The notes: generated by a model from the sequence alone, not told the origin. Counted from the stretch's first letter, positions 35,921 to 50,390 are shown. The stretch: DNA of 64,000 bases from Lama glama (GCA_028534125.1 CM052818.1:41728001-41792000); one strand, 5' to 3'. A program made the numbers and translations.

Positions 35921-38079
35921 CATGCAAACACTCCTCCCACTCCTCATCTCTTCCTGTTCTCCCACTGCTTTCCCATCTCTTAATCATTGTCATCTCTGGC
36001 AGATAGGATGCTGAAGATAGATCACAGACCGTCTCCATGTTTAATCAGAAAGTGAAAAAGAAAACAGACCACTTGGAAGCGCCCAGTCAGTGAAAATACA
36101 CAGCAACTGTAGAACATGTTTACCCACCAGCAACAAGCACTTCCGCTCTGCCCGTGTTATCCCAGCGACTCCTCTGCTGCTGGGTCCATCGAACACTAGT
36201 GTAGCTAATGGGCTGATGGGTATTCTGGGAGGTTCTTGGGGGAGAAGCAGGGCTGGCTGTGGGCAGTTAGGAGCCTGAGATCTGCCCCTGGAAACCGTTG
36301 GTTCAAATAGAGAGCATGCCTGCCCCCTGCCCCATGCTTCACCAGGGGTGCCCCCAAGGGGGACTTCTCCACTGCCCCCTTTTTCCCAGGATCCAACCCC
36401 TTTGATTTCATTGTATTTTACAGCCTTGGATTAATAATAATAATTCAACCCCACCCACTGGCATTCATTCAGAAAGCTATAGTGTGCATCGACTGATGGC
36501 GATTAATTCAATGCTATTTAGTGGTTTTGCTTAACAAGCCTTTCTTGAGGCATTTCTGAGTCTCGTGGGGGCTAGTGGTGGCTCAGACATGGGTCTTACC
36601 TCCAAAAGCTTGGCATTCTATGAGTCTGTGGGAACTCAACAGTGGATTCTATTCTGACGTAGGATCCTAAAAGGCTTCCTGGGGGAGGTACCCGTTAAAA
36701 CAGACATGGAAGGAAAAAGAACATGGGAATACGAGGGAAAATCCATTCCAGGCCAAACAGAGCTCAAGAGGAAAAGCCACGAGGAAGAAACACACATCAA
36801 AGATTGTTAGAGGATGATGCCCAGACCGACTGGCTAGAAGATAAGAAGATGAGTTGCTGGGGTTAACATAAGTGCATCGTCGTTTATAAAGTGCAGTGAT
36901 CTTACAAATGTTGGGTGTTGTTTTAAGGCTGGAAAAACTAGCAGGAGCCAAGGAAGCAGGTGCAAGTGCTCCGCTCGAAAGTGTATCCTGGTCAATTAGG
37001 AGCCAGCTCAGGGTTTCAGCCAGAGGCTGGTAGAGCCACTCTGCGGCTTGAGAGGGACCTTCTGGAGGCCAGGAGGCAGGCGGGCTGGGGAAACATGAGA
37101 CCAATTTGTAAGTGACAGCGGCAAGGCCTGATGAAGTCCTGACCCAGGGCAGGAGAGAGGGATCAGAGAGGCAAGAAAGAAATGCCAAACCCAGCATCAA
37201 CCGGAGAGGATGTGGTGTCGCCCGTGAGAACACGGCTGACCATCAGATGGATCCCAACGCCTCCTCTCCCGCTTGTCTCTGTTTCTACTCATGGAACTCT
37301 GGGCAAAGGCTCTGAGCCCCGGGGGTGGCTGGCGGTTGTGAGGATGAAATGAAATTGTGTATTTCACTCAGAACAGTGCCCAGATCGGCTGGCTCCCTTC
37401 CCTCTCTTTTCACAAATGGGAAAACCAGAAAAGGGTTATCTGTGCCCAAAGGTGGACAGCTAGACGTGGTCATGGGCTCAGCGCTCACCTTCCCACCTTT
37501 GTGTTTCCAAACCTCTAGATTATGCCTTCTGTTCCGGACCAAATGCAGTTCTCACTGGCAAATTGTGAAAAGGATGAAACAAAAGGTAAAAGAATCTATT
37601 AGTCACTTACATTCAACACTTGCTTCTACTAGATCTCGCAGCAAAAAAAGAAATTGAAAAAGATATGCTAGAAACAGATATATTCTGTGCAGCTGTCAAA
37701 GTGGGTTGAACAGAGGCTTCCATACTGTGTAAGGGACCAGTGGCCTGAACGTGTTTTTCTCATGTGGCCAGCTGACCCCATGCCCTGGCATGATGCAGAA
37801 AGTTAACTAGACATTTCCAGATAGCCATTATCCAGACACAGGGCAGCCAACTGAGGTCCCACGGGCTCCTTGTGACCACCAAAGGAATCAATATTTCCTT
37901 TGTAGGACCCTGAGCATGTCTCTGAGTTTGTCAGGAAAGAGCTCTTTGGTCAGTCAAGCTTACAAAATAAGGGGGCAGCCCCTCCACCCAGGAAAATGTG
38001 CACGATGCCAGCTGGAAATCAAAGGGCAACCAAGGTCACTGGCTTGGAAGGCTAAGGGCTGACCTTGAGTGCAAACAAC

Positions 38080-38825
38080 CAGAAGCTGGGCGGATGAGGA
38101 TCTTAGTTCTACAACATCTTACTGGTATGATCCTAAGCAGGTTGCACCAAATTGCAGAGCCTCAGTTTTCCTTATCTGCAAAATACGCACGCTAGTACCT
38201 ACTACAGGGCTGTTTGGAAGAGTAAAGGAAATAGATACAAAAGCACTTTGGAAATTAAAAAATACTATTCCTACCAGAGACATTATTTTGATGACAAGTG
38301 GCTCTTTGGAATATTAGCCTTTTATCAGAGGTCTCCCTGCCCCGCTCCCCACCACCAAGCTGACCTCAGCCTCCGCACATCGAGAGGTGGTTTGGGATTC
38401 CTTTCAACCAGAGGTCCTGGCCCCACGTTGCCCCTCCCTCCCTAGCCACTCAGACAATGCGTGTCTCCACCACTTTCCCAGACACGTGATCTTGAGTAAG
38501 TCACTTCACCTCTTTGAGCCTCCCTCTCCTTACCTATATAAAGAGGACTGCGATGTCTGCCCTGCCCACCAGTGAGGTTACAACCACGACCCTTCAGAAG
38601 ATGCACACATGCTTAGCACACATGCCATGCTACGATATAACCCCTCCCCACCCTGCGCTATGAACCGTGTGAACTCAGGCAACTTATGTGACCACTCTGA
38701 GCCTCAGTTTCATCTGCCATAAATGGGTATTAGAAGCGCTGAATGCTCAGGGCCACATAAGAAACAAATAATCTAGTAAACCAATCACTCAGCTCATCCC
38801 TGGAGTGAGGTAGGTGTTTAGCCAG
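38080..38825 (+). mobile_element. Cluster of three MIR fragments
   Basis: Three gagcctcagttt/gagcctccct cores at ~38157, ~38516 and ~38701. Confidence 0.7.
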
Positions 38826-41363
38826 TGGTGCCCCCTCCTCTCTCCCCTCTCATTCCTGTCCCCTCCTCTGCCCCCGGGATGCTTTAAATCCTTGAACTGC
38901 TTCCTCAAATCCTTGGTAAACTAGAAGTCCACCTGACAGAGTTCTCCACTCTCCTTTGTCTAGAATTGAATCCTGCCCGATTAGTACAAAGTATGGCTAC
39001 ACAACCACAGCCAGAAACACCCAGCCGGTAAGTGACTTAAGAGGGATCTTTTCACTGTCCCAGCCTTGGAGGTAAGACCATAAAGTCATCTCCGATCCAG
39101 AAAAAATATAAGGGCGCACCTAAAGCCCTGAGTAATTACAGGATAGAAGGAAATCCTCTCCTCATCCATAACCTAGCTGTATATGAGGACGTAGACCCCC
39201 ATCAGTCCTTCCATGGGTCTGGTGGTATGAAAGGTTGAGCGACTTATCCAAGATGAATAATTGCCAAGTGCCCGCTATGTGTGAAGCATGGTGCTGAGCA
39301 CAGGGGATGTAGTGGAGGAGAAAACAGCTGTCCTCACAGAGAAGACGGACAATAACATCACAAGAACCAATTGACAAATGTCAGGGAAACGAGGTACCAA
39401 CCACGTGGACCTAAGCTCATCTTGGTGGCCCGAGAAGCCGTTTGCAGAACATGAAGAATGGGGGCTGAGGTGGGGAGAGGCTTTGGGAAGAGGGAAGTGT
39501 TTCCGGCAGGGAGATGGCCCGCTGAATTCAGAACCTGGGCTCACCCAGTACCAGGAGCCACTAGCAGAGAGCCTGGGGGACCCCCCTGGAGATCAACCAA
39601 GATGGCTTGCCAAGCCCCTGTGTGCTTATGTGAGGTCTCCTTGGACACTTGAAAGAACCCATTACATACACTGCCCCTCCCACCCTCACAAGATCAAGAG
39701 CAGCTCACTTGGATATTTGCACACACCTCCAGCTGGGAAAGTGTCTGCACTGTCCCCAGGTGGGCATACAGGTCACTCTAGCCTCTCCCTCATTGGGGCA
39801 GCAGCCAGACAGTTCTCGGGGCCCCTGTGTACCCCTCCCATCAACACTCCAGGCAAACCCTGCTCACCACGCTAGAGTCTGTGTGCAGGGCAGAGGCGTG
39901 TGCAGTGGGGGCATCTGAGGGGTTACAGCCGGGTCACTAATGGGGAGGAGTGTTTCTCACCAGAACCCTCCTCTGAGAGCTCATCAATTATTCATGGCCA
40001 TTAAGAGGCCAAACTTCCTTCCAAGGAAGAAACCCAGGGCTCAGAGCACAACGGCCAGGCCAGGAGAGGAAGCAGAGGACAGCCGCAGAGGGCAGCGTGA
40101 AGTCCCTGTCGTCAAGGATGCCACAAGCTGGAGGCGGCCCTGCGGGGAGCGGGCAGCCGGCTGGGTCGGGCCACCACGCAGCCTCCCCCCCGGGCATGCA
40201 CCGACGCAGCGTCCTCCGCCTGCTGGCACATGTGTTCATCCACTAAATAATTTACGCGCTCCAGGAAATGGACCGCGGAGATGCCAAAGCCATTAGAGGC
40301 CCCACTGATGGGGGGAAGGGGACCCAGAAGGGAAGAAAACATGAAGGAACACAGGTCCCCGGCCTCCTATGGCTTCAGGCTTGCCAGGAGCGCTCATGCC
40401 CACTTCTCGCCTGAGTTCATCATGGCCCTGCCAGCTATTCAGAATTTCCTGCATTTTCCAGGTGAGGAAAACCTGGCTCAGAGAGGGTGAGGAACTCCTC
40501 ACAAGGCTGCCCTGCCTGATTGCATTCAAATGGCAACTCAAGCCAGGCCTTCTGATCGGGAGTACATCCTTTAAGCAGAGGGGCTGCGCTAAGAAATCAA
40601 GAGCCCAGGTCCTTTCTTAAATTACTATCATCTTCAGGCAGATTCCTGCATGAGACCAGATCCTTTCATTTCACCTTGTGTACATTCCGCCCTGGACCCA
40701 GGTATTCGTGCCTTCTCTGGACCCACTGGACAGGCTGTAGCCCATTGGGACCCAGTAGTTAAAACACTGAGCACGCACAGATTGGGACCAACTGTGATCT
40801 TGGAGATCCTGAGCTCCGGAAAGGAGGAGAGACCTGCCTGGGATCCCATGGAGAGGAAAACAATGGGATCCAGTAACCAGGACTTCAGATTCCAGTTTCC
40901 TCCTTTTTTTAGGATGCTGCCTCTGGTGTCAGACCTCAGGCATGGCCTCCAGGCTGCTGCCTAAAACACCCAGTGGGGAAGGAGAGCTGGTTGTGTTCCT
41001 GCCCAAAGGGCCAATGGCTAGGACCTCTGTGCCTTCAAGGGGCCCAAGAGTACCCCCACCCCCACCCCCAGTGCCCTTCGCAAAACCAGTGCAGCAGGGA
41101 CAGTCTCAGACTCTCAGACACTTTGTTGGATGATAAAAATAAAGTTCGGGCTTAAAAGCAAGCTCTCGATCTGACCCACACAAGGGAAATCAAACGCAAC
41201 TCTAGGGTAGATACAGGCGCTTGCAGGCTGCAGAGACAGGTCCCGGGTTTATCGATCATTTCTCAGAAACTAGGTCAGTCCTGGGGAAGAGTGTTGGCGT
41301 GTGCGCTTGCGTGTGCTCCGCCTGCACTTGCTGCGTCCAGAGGCTGGGCTACCCCAAACCTTA

Positions 41364-41807
41364 CATGTTAGTTTCTAGGGCTGCTTAACCAAGTACCACA
41401 AACAGGGGGCCTTAAAACAGCGGAAATTATCATCTCACAGTTCTGAAGGCCGGAAGTTGGAAATTAAGGTGTCAGCTGGCAGTGCCCGCTCTGAAGCCTC
41501 TAGGAGGGGATCTTCCCTTGCCTCTTCCAGGCTGTGGTCACCCCAGGTGTTCCTGGACTTAGGGCAGTGAAATTCCAACCTCTACCTCCGTCTTCTGGTG
41601 GCTGTCTTCCCTCTGTGTCTCTGTGTCCGAATTTCCTTCTTCTGATCAGGACATCAGTCATATATGGAATAGGGACCCACCTGACTCCAGCCTCAACTTA
41701 ACTTATGACATCAGCGATGACTCTGTTTCCAAAGAAGGCCACATTCTAATGTGCTAAAGGTTAGGGTTTCAACTATCTCTCTGAGCAAAAAAATTTAACC
41801 CATAACA
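41364..41807 (-). mobile_element. MLT1 (MLT1C-like) solo LTR
   Basis: ttagtttctagggctgcttaaccaagtaccacaaac...ctcacagttctgaaggccggaag...gtttccaaagaaggccacattct...aacccataaca. Confidence 0.85.
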
Positions 41808-42379
41808 CCGCATCAGATGGAAAAATATTGATTATAAGATTGTGCAAGGATCAATTAACTTAGGTTTCCTTTTCTGGCTGCCAGGTACTATCATAGCATC
41901 TCTGTAGAAGCAGCCTTCGGGCTGAGGAGGGCAGCAGAAAGAGAGAGGCTGGAGCAACCACAGGACCAAACCCATCCCATCATTAGCTGCTTTGGAGAAC
42001 TTTGTTGGCAAAGACCTTACTCACCTAAGGTTTTCTTCCCCCATCCTGTAAATTGCTTAACACTTTTTATTTCATTTACTTTTCAATGACCACACTAAAT
42101 CTAATAATGCAAGCTCCAGTATTCTACAAAAACCCATCCATGGTTAACGAATAGAATATTTTGGTAAAATACATAATTATTTAGAACGTCAAGCTGAAAA
42201 ATTACCCCAGTTGAATTAAAGCCACATAAACACACACGCACATAGTTTGTAAGATTTTCTTTTCCTCAGAATCCAAATGATGACATTCTTTTGATTCAGC
42301 CAGTATGTACTGAGTACCTATTCTGCGGCAGCCCCTTTGTGGAGCACTGGAGATGCAGGAATCAAGGTGCTGCTGCCCA

Positions 42380-42817
42380 GCATGGAGGGACCTGGAGATC
42401 GTCACTCTAGGTGAAGTCAGCAGAAGAGAAAGAATGGTACCATATGATGTCACTCATAGGTGGAAGCTAAAAACCTTAAATTTAATTAAATTTTAAAAAA
42501 AAATGAACTTATTTACAAAACAGAAACAGACTCAAAGACATAGAAAACAAACATATGGTTACCAGAGGGGAAAGGGGTGGGAAGAGATAAATTGGAAGTT
42601 AAAGATTTTCTGATACAAACTACTATATATAAAATAGATAAACAACAAGTCTCTTCTGTGTAGCACAGGGAACTGTATTCAATATCTTGTAGTAACCTCT
42701 AACAAAAAAGAATATGAAAACGAATATATGTATGTATCTGTGACTGAAACATTATGCTGCACACCAGAAATGGACACAACATTGTAAACTGACTACACTA
42801 AAATAGAGAAAAAAGTG
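42380..42817 (+). mobile_element. LINE-1 3' end fragment inserted in an L2 remnant
   Basis: ggacctggagatcgtcactctaggtgaagtcag...gaaacagactc...gtagcacagggaactgtattcaatatcttgtagtaacc...cattgtaaactgactac is homologous to ~6930-7330. Degenerate TSD 42364-42379 / 42818-42833. Confidence 0.9.
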
Positions 42818-43589
42818 AAGAAGATGCTGCCCATTCACAGGCAGAGCTCAAACTCTAGAGGCAGAGCATGCAAGTAAATGGATGGTTATACCTTCGAGTG
42901 ATAAACGCTGTAATAAACAGGTTTCCCGACGGCCACAGGGGATAAAACAGCAGCAAGCGCATCTCTGAGTTATCTTCATCCCTCACCCACCAAGCTCTCC
43001 ATCCGACCCAAAATAGACGCCTTGCCTGCAGGAAATACACACAAATATGGGTTTTCTTTTGATAATAACAGGTGGCTCACTGAGGAATCGCATGGTCCTC
43101 TGGATGGGTAATGAGGCTCGAAAGCTCTCCACCAGAGCCTTCAGCATTTCACACTGTGGAGCTGGAGATGAAAGGGGAGAGTTCAGGCCAAGCAGCCCAC
43201 AGTGGCCCTGAAAACCACCCAAGCAACACAGCCTTATGGTGTCCACTTCCCTCTTGGCCGCAGCAGGTCCTGGTACCACTAAGAAATTGAAAGGTCTGAA
43301 AATGCTTCTATTACTTAAAGCAAACAACCCCCAGGGCACACGCGCCAGTGGCGTGCAGGACCCTCACGGTGACTGTATAAAACGGAGCCTCAGGTTTGAG
43401 ATTCCAAGCCATCCTGTAGGGAAGCTCTGTGTATAGCAGAGCCCTGGCAATGCCACCCAGGTGACAGCTGCAGCAATGGTCGTGTGCAGCAGCCCATCCT
43501 ATAGGCATTTTTACAGGAGATGACAGCTTTGCTACTGCACAGCCCACATCCCGTGGGAGGCGAGGAACAGCTGGTCAACCACAGAAGGA

Positions 43590-44330
43590 CTTTGATGTCA
43601 ATATCAATTCTCTAGACCATGAACAGTCAGTCAGTTCACAAAAAGGGAAACAAAGAGCCAATAAGTGCGTGAAAAATGTTCAATCTATCTCGAACTCAAG
43701 GAAATGCGATTTAAAGCAACAATGAGTTATCAATTTGTATTCATTAAAACAGCAAAAAAAAATATGATGATACTCAGTGCAAGAAAGATGCAATGGAATG
43801 AATGATATCATTCACTTACGAGGGAAAAAAGTTAGAACACCTTTTCCCATAAAAGAAGAAATTTGTCAATATACACCAAAGCCCTTCAAAAATGTAAAGC
43901 TTTGTCTCACCTCTAGGAAGGTATCTTAAAGGAGTAATCCAAATGTGTTTTATATAGAAAGGTGGCACCCGTAAAGCTACTTAAAGTAGAACAAGATTAT
44001 AACATAACATAATATCCAACAAAATGGGGAAAAATAAATAAATAATGGTCCATTCTGAAGATGTAATACAAAGCCATTAAAAATTACATTTCTGAGATAA
44101 TTTACTAAATAAGTAAAATTTATGTTAAAATAAAAAGTGAAAAGAATAACACATAATTATGTCTACTGTTTGATATTACTGTGTAAATATGTATTTTTTA
44201 AAAGACTGGAAAGAAATACACTAAAACAATAGCAGTGACTGTGTCTGTTGGTGGGATTATAGATTAGATGAAATTTTTTTTCTTTTCTATAATTTCCAAT
44301 TTTTCTTCAATAACGATAGATTATTGTGCT
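43590..44330 (+). mobile_element. Ancient L1ME-like fragment
   Basis: gaaaaatgttcaatctatctc...aaggaaatgcgatttaaagcaacaatgag...aagccattaaaaa...aaagactggaaagaaatacactaaaacaatagcagtg. Confidence 0.75.
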
Positions 44331-44767
44331 AGTTAGAAAAGTATTTATAGTAACAACTTATCTTAAAATACATACATGTATGTTAAGACATTTAATTATC
44401 TTGATGGAGCTCTTTTATAAGCCAAAGAAAGAATATTTGTGCAGCTTAAAAGAGAAGACAGTGATGATGTCTTCAAATTTCCACTCAATATACCAGACTT
44501 CTTTGCATTAAATTGTTGACTGGCATCACTATTTTTCTAAATATGTTCCCGAGTCAGGGTCAGCTGAAATATTGGTTATTTTTCAAGGCCCAGCTCAAGT
44601 TTCATCTCTTGCTGGAAGACTCCATGAAAACTCAGGATCTGCATCCTTGCAGACCTTTTAGATGTGAAATACCATACAACTCAATGATGCCTTGTTGCTT
44701 TTTCTCTCTATTCTGTGTGTGTGTGTGCTTCCTGTCTTTGCTAGATTTTGCACTCTCGGAAGCAGAT

Positions 44768-45201
44768 GTATCAGTCAGCTATTGCTGCATAACAAACCAC
44801 TCTAAAACTTAGTGACTCAAAATCACAAGTCTATGAATTGCCTGAGAGACTGGAGTTGGTTGTTCTTGGCTGAATTCACTCATGTGTCCATGGTTAGTTG
44901 ACTAACTAGTCTAGAGAGGCCTTAGTTGACACCACCTGTCTGTTCCATGGCATCTCTTAACCTTCAACATGCTAACCTGGACATTTACTTGTAGAGGAGG
45001 TGAGATTCAAAGATAGCAAGTGGAAGCACACAGGTCCTTTTGAGGAATTCTATGACTTCTACTACATCTTATGGGCCAAAGTAAATCACAAGGCATGCCT
45101 AGATCTTGAGGCAGGGAAAAAGACCCCACTTCTTAATGAGATGAGCTGAAAAGTTACATTACATGGATATAGAAAGGAAATAATTGGGGCCATTGTTGCC
45201 A
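44768..45201 (-). mobile_element. MLT1 (MLT1F/G/H-like) solo LTR
   Basis: tgtatcagtcagctattgctgcataacaaaccactctaaaacttagtgactcaaaa...gggccaaagtaaatcacaaggc...gaccccacttcttaatgagatgagctg. Confidence 0.8.
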
Positions 45202-45289
45202 TGGAGATTCCATTTCTTTCTTTCTTTCTTTTTTTCAATTCTATATTGTGCCTAGTAACTTGTCTGGTGTATGATATGTACACCAACCA

Positions 45290-45895
45290 TCTTACTGATG
45301 GTTAACAGCTCCATTTCCACTTTTTTTGCTCTGTTCTGAATTGCAGGAGGTTGAAAGCCTGGAAACATTATGCAAGCCCAGATTCCCTTGCCAGATGGCT
45401 TTAGATTTAGTTCTGCCAAAGAGAGGCACTGCCAGGAGATTGAAAGGCAGGAGGAAGAGAGAAACCACTTTGTTTCTCCTACTTTTGCTTCTAGCGGCAG
45501 CAACAGACGCAGCAGGCATTGTGAGGTGTGAGGTTTCTGCTCAGGTAAGCTCAGATAATGTCAGGTGATAAGGGAGGTGTCAGCAGCATAACACAAGCAG
45601 GATCTGCCTCTTGGAGCAGCAGCGGCACATCATTAGTCTTGGCGGCATCTCACTGGAGGGTTCTGACTCAGGAGGAACAGATCAGAAGCAGGCCATGGTG
45701 ACCTCCCAAGATCCTGGGGTGGCAGTGGCAGTAGGCTCCTGGCTTCCTGGGAAGCAAAACTTTTACATCAGTGACAGCAGTCACTCCAGCAGCTCAGTGA
45801 CAAAAACAGTCATGGACTCGGGGCAACTAACTCAAAATCAGCGAAATCGGCACCCAAGGTTGGTTATCTGGATATCTAGTAGACCCTGACTAGTA
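45290..45895 (+). mobile_element. ERVL-type solo LTR (LTR33/LTR41-like)
   Basis: cccagattcccttgccagatggctttagatttagttctgccaaagagaggcactgccaggagattgaaaggcaggagg...agaccctgactagta. Confidence 0.6.
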
Positions 45896-45984
45896 GCTGT
45901 ACAGGGACAAAACAGTTATTTAAGTTATTACCAGCAATTGTCTGTGATGAAGCGCTCAGAGATGAAGCCACCGGGGGTGCTGGA

Positions 45985-46112
45985 AATAATGATTATGACA
46001 TTTGCAACATGTGTATGTCAAGTCATTATGCTGTGTACCTTAAACTTGTATGGTACTGTACGTCAGTTACATCTCAATACAATGGAAAAATAAATTTTTA
46101 ATAAATAAAAAA
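45985..46112 (+). mobile_element. Short L1 3' terminus with A-rich tail
   Basis: gtcattatgctgtgtaccttaaacttg...tgtacgtcagttacatctcaatacaatggaaaaa followed by an A-rich tail. Confidence 0.7.
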
Positions 46113-47799
46113 AGTAATGTTGCAGTTAGTTAAAGCAAGGAAGGAAGGAAGGGGGAAAAGAATGACTAGGAGAAGTTGGATGGGGGGAGAGGTGCTGTTT
46201 CTGACTCTACTGGAGAGTTCACATGATAATGACAAGATCATACTTAGATACTCATAGACACAATCTGAAACCCTGAAAACTTCAATGTCAGCCCCAAAAG
46301 ATCTCCAGTGCCTTACATCCTCAGGGTGGATACAGATGAAAATCAGACCCAAAATGTAATCTTACAAATTACAGAATTGCAATATAAATTGAGTCCACAG
46401 CCTTGCCAGGTAGATGACATTGATTGGGAAAGAGTGGAATTCTGAAAGTTAGAACAAGTAAATTTAGGTGGCTTTAGATAAATGTGAGAATCTAGATGTA
46501 GCAGATACTCTTGGGACTCTTTTTTGGGATAAGCACCCTGTCCTTCCATCTGTGAGGAAACCCTGAAATGCAAAATGACTATCATGAAACAGTACACAAA
46601 ATAATTATAAACAGATAGATTGAAAATCTTCCCAAGGAAGGATCCTTAAAGAAACTACAGAAAGAGCAGACTTAGGGACTTAAAAATGTCATCCTAACCT
46701 CCTTTACAGTTATGTAAACTGACCCCCAGAGAAGCTATGATTACAACCCGAATCCCTTCCCACTGTGCCTTCCAAATGAAAGGAAAGCTGAAGGTTTGCA
46801 GGTTCAAGTTGAAGTCACCCTTGCTGGGTCCCCTCAAGAAAGATTCCCTGTTGTTCATTTCTCAGAGTGTCATCTGTATCAAAAATTCCATAGGAATGTG
46901 TCATCAGTTTGTCAAAAGCAACTAGTAGCTGCTACAATTTGTTAACGTCTATTCCAGCTTGGCTGTCTAAAGATTAGTCAAAGGTTATAAATTCTGGTCT
47001 ATGCCTTTCAAAAATGGACAGTCACTCTCTGTGGAGAATTACATCACTCAACTTTAACTTGGCTAGGGAAAGTTGGCCTTGACCATGCTGATGTTTCGGT
47101 AACTGGGTAGCTATTATCTGGATAAAAGCACATATTTTCTCAACTATCTCCCTGGCATGCCATCCTTAACATGATGCTGAAGCTTCGCTTCTTGAAATTT
47201 TTTCTCAGGTCCTTTCTCTCTCTCTTCTCTTTCTGGGGCCTCTATAATGCAAATATTAATGTACTTCCTGTTGTCCCAGAGGTCTCTTAAACCGTCCTCA
47301 TGCTTCACTTCTTTTTAGATATTGCTGAGACTCGGTATATTTTCCATGGCAATATGAGGTAGTCATTTTAGCCTCTGCTGAACTTGACCTCACTCACCTA
47401 CCAGCAATCTGCCTGTACCAAGGGGCTGCTGGTGTTTCATGCCTCCATGTCAGAAGTGTGGAGGTTGGTATAGCACATTTTCAAGGTGTGTTGTTATAAT
47501 GGTTTCCAGATATGCATTATTTAAGTTTGAAGACTTTTTAGGGTCAGTCATAAAAGCCTGTAGTTCTAGCCTGAGTCCCAGGGTACCAATTTTGTCTCAT
47601 CCTTCATTAAAATCAACACCCTGTGGGACCTCATTTACACTAGACTGTGAATGACTTACTTGAAATATTAGGTCTAGGAGGAAGCTTAGAGGTGAAGTAT
47701 CACCACCGCCATAAGGTACACCTACTTGCCACTAAACTGGGCTGGGTACTAGCCCCTGGGCTTCTAAGGATCTTTGACAGTATCAGTCATGAAGATAGC

Positions 47800-48030
47800 A
47801 TTCTGAAGTGAAGAAAGTATGAGACTTATGACCGGAGGATCCATATGCAGGTCTGGTTTAGACCATTTACAAGCTTTGTGACCATGATCCAGTTATAGAA
47901 CCTTCATTTCCTTAAATGTAAAGTGAGAATGACACCATATGCCTTGAAGGGTCATTGTGATGATGTAATAGTGTATATAAGGGCCTACTAGAGAGGCTGG
48001 TACATAAATGATCGTAAGTATAATTTTATT
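47800..48030 (+). mobile_element. MIR SINE
   Basis: ccatttacaagctttgtgacc...cttcatttccttaaatgtaaagtgagaatga...cattgtgatgat. Confidence 0.65.
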
Positions 48031-48069
48031 TTTGTGAAAAATATCAATCTATGTATATGTCTGTCTTAT

Positions 48070-48562
48070 CTCCAAAACTGGCCCCTAATGGACCACACTC
48101 TCCTACATTCAAGCCCCGTGGGGACACCCCACACAGAATGTGGATTGTCTCTGTGAATTGTTTTAGGCAATAAAATGTACCAAAGTGACCCTGTAAGATT
48201 CTACTTTTATGCTCTTGCAAGTCAGCCACCATTTAAGAAACCTAATTACTGAAGACGATGGCCACGTTGAGAGGCTCTCGAGAATGAGACGCTTCATGGA
48301 AAGAGAGGCCACGTGGGGATAAACCACTAAAGTGTGTGGGAAGCGAAGCCGTCTTGGATATTTCATTCCAGTCAAGTTCCCAGCAGATTCCAGTGCCAGA
48401 TACCATCTTATTGTAATCTCATGAGAGACTCAAAGCAGCCAGCAGAAGACCCATCCAACTGAATACAGATTTAACTGACAGAATCATAAGCAATTACAAT
48501 AAATTGCTATTTTAAGATGCTAAATTTTGCAATAGTTTCTCACACACAAAAGATAACCAAAG
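48070..48562 (+). mobile_element. MLT1 solo LTR
   Basis: actggcccctaatggaccacactctcc...gatggccacgttgagagg...aaattgctattttaagatgctaaattttg...agataaccaaa. Confidence 0.7.
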
Positions 48563-49689
48563 TGATGCCTGACACTTCCATTCTACTGTTCACTTCCTAG
48601 AAGTAGGAATCACATCTTCTTACTTCTCTGGATTTCAGCATATAGCATGGGAACTGGCCAAAAGTAAGTATGAAAGAAGTGTATGTTGAGTGAATTAGTA
48701 ATGGAATTATATTAATCTCATCAACCCATTCCTTTTTCAGAGAGTGGGACAGTCCAGAAGGAAGAGAGATATCCAACCAGTAATGACAAGTGAAGGATGC
48801 TTGCTCCTTGTTCTTCACTCACACTCCCAAACTAGATCTCTCTCTCATGTTCACTCGAGCCATCTACAATTCTAGCATTTATTTGCTTTCCAGGGGCTGA
48901 AGAATGTTAATTCCCTGGTAGAAGATCTATTAGCCCCTTTTCTTTCCACCAGTATAAGGATCTTCAGGGCAGCTCTCTACCCAAGCTTGATTCCTGGGAG
49001 CAATAGTTCTCCATATGGGTTTGTAGGTGAACCCAATGGTGTCTTCTGTAAGAGGAATCATCCTTGTAATTTAGTGTCTACGCTTGTGCTTTCAATATAA
49101 ACCCATGCCTGGCTGGCTCCAGGACAGCTGAGGCATCAGGAACTGCCTGGGGTTGGTGCTTTTGGAATTGAGACTAGATTGGCAAGTGCCTTGATACTAC
49201 ACTAAAGAGCATGAACTTGGACTTGCTGGGAATGACACAGGGGCTAATGGTGAGAAAAGGGCTGCCTTTAGAAGATCTCTTCTAGAACTCGAATAGATTC
49301 CTCCAAAATCTTCGCTCCACTCCTTTGTGCTGCGACTCACTCATCTTCTAACCATGGGTTCTTTATTGGATAAAGAGAACCACCACCCCTTCCAGCATTC
49401 CAGACCAGAAATCTGGGCACTTTTCTTGACTCCTTTTTCTCCCTCTGGCCCCACATGCAATTAGTAACCATTCCAACCACCATCACCACTATCAAGCCTT
49501 GAATGTATACTGTGTGAACAACAACCCCGGGGGATAGGTGCTCATTGTTATTATGATACTGTTTTACCCAGAGCACACTAAAGCAGAGCGCGATTAGGAG
49601 ACCTGCCCAAGGTCGGGGGCAGGATTGAAAGACAGCCGGTGGATTCACACTCTGTGCTCTTAAGCATGGCCCCAGGCTGCCTCTCTAGT

Positions 49690-50390
49690 AATGATACCCT
49701 TGAAAGGTCTCTGTTGTGTCCTCTCCTCTCTACTTCCTCTGCCACTCCCACCATCATCACTTCTCTTAGAACGGTTTATCCCAATAGTCTCTTAACTTCT
49801 CGTCTAAAGTCTCCTTTCCAAGAACATTCTCCACAGGGACTCCAGAGCGAGATTTCTAAACTGTCAGTCTGACCAGCTTCTTCAATCCATGGCCCTCCAA
49901 GGTCTACAGGGTGAATTCCAAAAAAGGTAGCCTACAGACATTTGGGCTCATCTTACCCCTGCTATCACCCCCGCAAATACCTCAAAGTTCCAGCTGGGCA
50001 GAATGTCTTGGAGTTCCCCCAAATACACCAGATCTCACGTAAAGGTCTCCTCTCACTGGGTCCTCACTGCCACTGTCATCCCTGCCACCACCAATCCACC
50101 TCGACCTGGCTTTCTCCAATTTCCACTTTAAGATCCGGCTTGCTCTGTGTCCCAATCACTGGGAGGCACTCCTGGGACCTTCCAGTATTTCTGTCCTGAA
50201 AAGCTTGGCTCTGTTCTAAAACCTGTCACAATAGAGTGTATTTACTTATTTACATAAACCTCTCTCCCACTATGTGTGTGCTGCCTGGTACAATCTCTGT
50301 CTCCTACCACAAAGTATGACACCTGGTTGGTGCTCGGTACTATTAAAGGTATGGATGGATGGATGGATGGATGGATGAATGGATGGATGC
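49690..50390 (+). mobile_element. L2 fragment ending in a (GGAT)n tail
   Basis: tcccaatagtctcttaact...ccagagcgagatttctaaa...acctggttggtgctcggtac followed by (tgga)n. Confidence 0.65.
50351..50389. repeat. (GGAT)n microsatellite
   Basis: atggatggatggatggatggatggatgaatggatggatg. Confidence 0.95.
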
